Program-made: the position numbers and the translations under genes
Notes under the pieces: model-generated
What the model saw: the letters and a program-made list of their open reading frames with translations, nothing else
What the model was told of the DNA's origin: nothing
Databases searched by the model: none
Assembly: GCA_009914755.4 (NCBI GenBank)
Contig: CP086569.2
Span: 28,608,001 to 28,672,000, forward strand
Source: the human T2T-CHM13v2.0 reference genome, Homo sapiens
Length of the DNA stretch: 64,000 nt
Direction of reading: 5' to 3'
Part shown: positions 53,722 through 64,000 of the stretch, piece by piece
Numbering within the stretch: position 1 is the first letter of the stretch
Layout of the letters: each line of letters begins with the position of its first letter

Positions 53722-54300
53722 AGATCCATATTTTTTTAAATGAAAAAAAATTTGAAAGGTACTCTGCTTGGTACAATAATCAAATGTATAAACTGAGGAA
53801 TAAATCATAACCATGAAACATACTTATAACTGCATATGGAAAATACAGAGGATAATTTTTTAAATAACATATTTTGAAAGCCTTAACTAGTAATTTGAAG
53901 AGCTGACATTTGAAAGGCCAGTATGAATATACCTTCAAAGCAGCAACACAGGATCCCCATGAGAAAAAGCAAACTCAGGGAAAATAAAACCACAAAGGTT
54001 CAATCTCTTCTGACCTTTGAAAGACACAGCACAGACAGTGGTCCTTAGGACGAAGAGCAGGAGACCCCTAATTCCGTCACCATGGCGATAGGGCATAAAC
54101 ATTGCTGGGTGAGGGCACAATCCACATTGTGAGGTCCAACTGCTGCCAGGAAGACAGGAGTGCTTTTACATAGACCGAAAGGTCATTGAAGGCTCAGAGT
54201 TTTGTTTCAAGAACTGAATCCCAAGCCCACACGTTATTATGCTGCGCTTCTTAAAACAAGTTATGAGATGGGAAAAAGGGCACCCACAAACATACGTATA
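53722..54300. other. The ~0.58-kb moderately complex non-Alu, non-TA-rich segment of the DYZ2-like unit (copy 1)
   Basis: This block has roughly balanced base composition ('...gaaaggccagtatgaatataccttcaaagcagcaacacagg...ccatggcgatagggcataaacattgctgggtgagggcacaatcc...'). It recurs once per unit at 56141-56715, 58559-59135, 60968-61545 and 63378-63950. I do not recognise its origin. Confidence 0.6.
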
Positions 54301-54495
54301 CATTATGTATATAATAATATACAGTATCATATATATAATACATATAACCTATGTATAATATTGTTTTACATCCTGCATCTTATATTATATATATTGTATA
54401 AAATATAATAATTGATAATATATAAGCTTTATATTGATACAATATGACATATAGTATATATTATATTTTATGACATATATAATATATGTTATATA

Positions 54496-59327
<4,832 letters not shown>

Positions 59328-61739
59328 CATATATAGAATATATTATACGGTTAATATACGTATTAAATATAAATTATACATTATATATATTATATATAAT
59401 ATATCTGTTATATATAATACCCATTATACCTAATATATATATTATGTCTATGTTATATATAGTATAAAACAACATATAATAATATATAATTGTATATACA
59501 AAATGTGACATATAATATATATTATATTTTATGACATATGTAATATATATTATATATTATATATAATACGTTGTATGTATAATACCTATATTAAATATAT
59601 ATTATATGACTATGTTATTAATTACATGTCACATATGTTATATATTATATATTTTACATGGAATATACCGGTTACATATAATATATACTTTGTTATATAT
59701 AATGTATAATTTATTACATGTAATATAATGTGTCATATATTATATATAATTTATAATATTCAATATGTGGAATGTGATATATATAACATATAATATATGA
59801 TATATGATATACAGTATATGATATATAACATACAATTTATGATACCTAATATATACGGTATACAATATATATTTTATGATATGTATTCTGTATGTTTTAT
59901 ATTCTGTTATATATAACTATTTGAAATTATATATAACTCTATAATATTTTATATAAATGTGTAATATAATATATAACCATATAATATATTATATATAACT
60001 ATATATTATGTTATATATACTTTTATAACATAATTTACATAAAATATCATAATATAATATATATTATATTATTTCATATTACATAATATCTATTACATAT
60101 CACCCAATATAAGTAACATACATAACATTAAAATATAGATTATATTATGTTATATTAAATATCATATATATCATGTATCATATGTTCTATAATATATATT
60201 ATACATTATATAATATGTATGTTGTCTATTTTGTGATATATATAACTATATATATAATTATATTATTATACATATAACTACATAAACATGTAATTCTATA
60301 TATTTTCACTTATAATATATAGAATTATATATCATATATAATTATTTATATTCTATAAAAAATTATATCATTATATAAATTATAATATATAAAAATTATA
60401 ATATGTACAAAAATATATATATTATATATCATATATGATATAGTGCCTTTCTTATATATCATATTACATATAAATGTATATTATGTTATCTATAACTATA
60501 TAATTTCATATATAAGATGTATATTATGTATTATATATTATATAGGTTAAGTAATTTATATAGTATATATAAGGTGACACAGGATAAATATTTTATACTA
60601 TGACATATAAAATATGTGAGGTTATATGTTACATATAATGCATAGCACATAACATGTAATATATATCATATATAATTTTTTTTTAGACAGAGTCTTGTCC
60701 TGTTGCACAGGGTGGAGTACAATGGCGTCATCTTTCCTCACTGCAACATCTGCCTCACAGGTCCAAGCGATTGTCCTCCCTCAGCCTCCCAGGTAGCTGG
60801 GACTACACCACACTGGGACTACACCAGCTGCCACCAAGCCTAGCTAATTTTTTGGATTTTTAGTAGTGACAGCCTTTCACTGTATTGGCCAGGATGCTCT
60901 TGATCTCTTGACCTTGTGATCCTCTTGCCTTGGCCTCCAAATTTGCTGGGATTACAGGCCTGATCAAAGATCCATATTTTTTAAATGAAAAAAAATTTCA
61001 AAGGTACTCTGCTTGGTACAATAATCAAATGTATAAACTGAGGAATAAAACATAACCATGAAACATACTTATAACTGCATATGGAAAATACAGAGGATAA
61101 TTTTTTAAATAACATATTTTGAAAGCCTTAACTAGTAATTTGAAGAGTTGGCATTTGAAAGGCCAGTATGAATATACCTTCAAAGCAGCAACACAGGTTC
61201 CCCATGAGAAAAAGCAAACTCAGGGAAAATAAAACCACAAACGTTCAATCTCTTCTGACCTTTGAAAGACACAGCACAGACAGTGGTCCTTAGGACGAAG
61301 AGCAGGAGACCCCTAATTCCGTCACCATGGCGATAGGGCATAAACATTGCTGGGTGAGGGCACAATCCACATTGTGAGGTCCAACTGCTGCCAGGAAGAC
61401 AGGAGTGCTTTTACATAGACCGAAATGTCATTGAAGGCTCAGAGTTTTGTTTCAAGAACTGAATCCCAAGCCCACACGTTATTATGCTGCGCTTCTTAAA
61501 ACAAGTTATGAGATGGGAAAAAGGGCACCCACAAACATAGGTATACATTATGTATATAATAATATACAGTATCATATATATAATACATATAACCTATGTA
61601 TAATATTGTTTTACATCCTGCATCTTATATTATATATGTTGTATAAAATATAATATTTGATAATATATAAGTTTTATATTGATACAATATGTCATATAGT
61701 ATATATTTTATTTTATGACATATATAATATATGTTATAT
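59328..61739. repeat. DYZ2-like unit D4 (2412 bp)
   Basis: Landmark spacing. Confidence 0.8.
60676..60967 (-). mobile_element. Alu SINE (antisense) in unit D4
   Basis: This is the same Alu copy. Its 5' end variant reads 'gcctgatcaaagatcc'. Confidence 0.9.

Positions 61740-64000
<2,261 letters not shown>

Larger units (their letters stand above)
52076..54495. repeat. DYZ2-like unit D1 (2420 bp)
   Basis: Landmark spacing. The phase is set by the junction point. Confidence 0.8.

Overview
The whole window is human constitutive-heterochromatin satellite DNA. It has no credible protein-coding genes, no RNA genes, and no prokaryotic-style defence or CRISPR system. Positions 1-52075 are Human Satellite III (HSat3), a (GGAAT)n-derived satellite with the G/A-rich strand on +. 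It is organised as a ~3.53-kb higher-order repeat: 13 full-length units (3467-3564 bp, the first starting exactly at position 1), one unit with an internal ~1.94-kb deletion, and a final unit truncated at the junction. This unit size and composition match DYZ1 of human Yq12. At 52072-52076 the array abuts, through an 'atat' microhomology, a second tandem array (52076-64000) of ~2.41-2.42-kb units. Each of these units contains ~1.35 kb of complex TA-rich sequence, one CpG-decayed antisense Alu of ~290 bp, and ~0.58 kb of moderately complex non-Alu sequence. This architecture matches DYZ2 (HSat1B), the other Yq12 satellite, so the window most likely spans one DYZ1/DYZ2 block boundary of the human Y long-arm heterochromatin. 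Every ORF in the supplied track is a translation artefact of the pentamer repeat or of TA-rich sequence. The points worth a second look are structural: the exact array junction, a microhomology-mediated intra-unit deletion, near-identical adjacent units, mosaic sharing of variants between units, edge decay next to the junction, and a recurrent 20-bp duplication five units apart. I found no evidence of a novel biological system.
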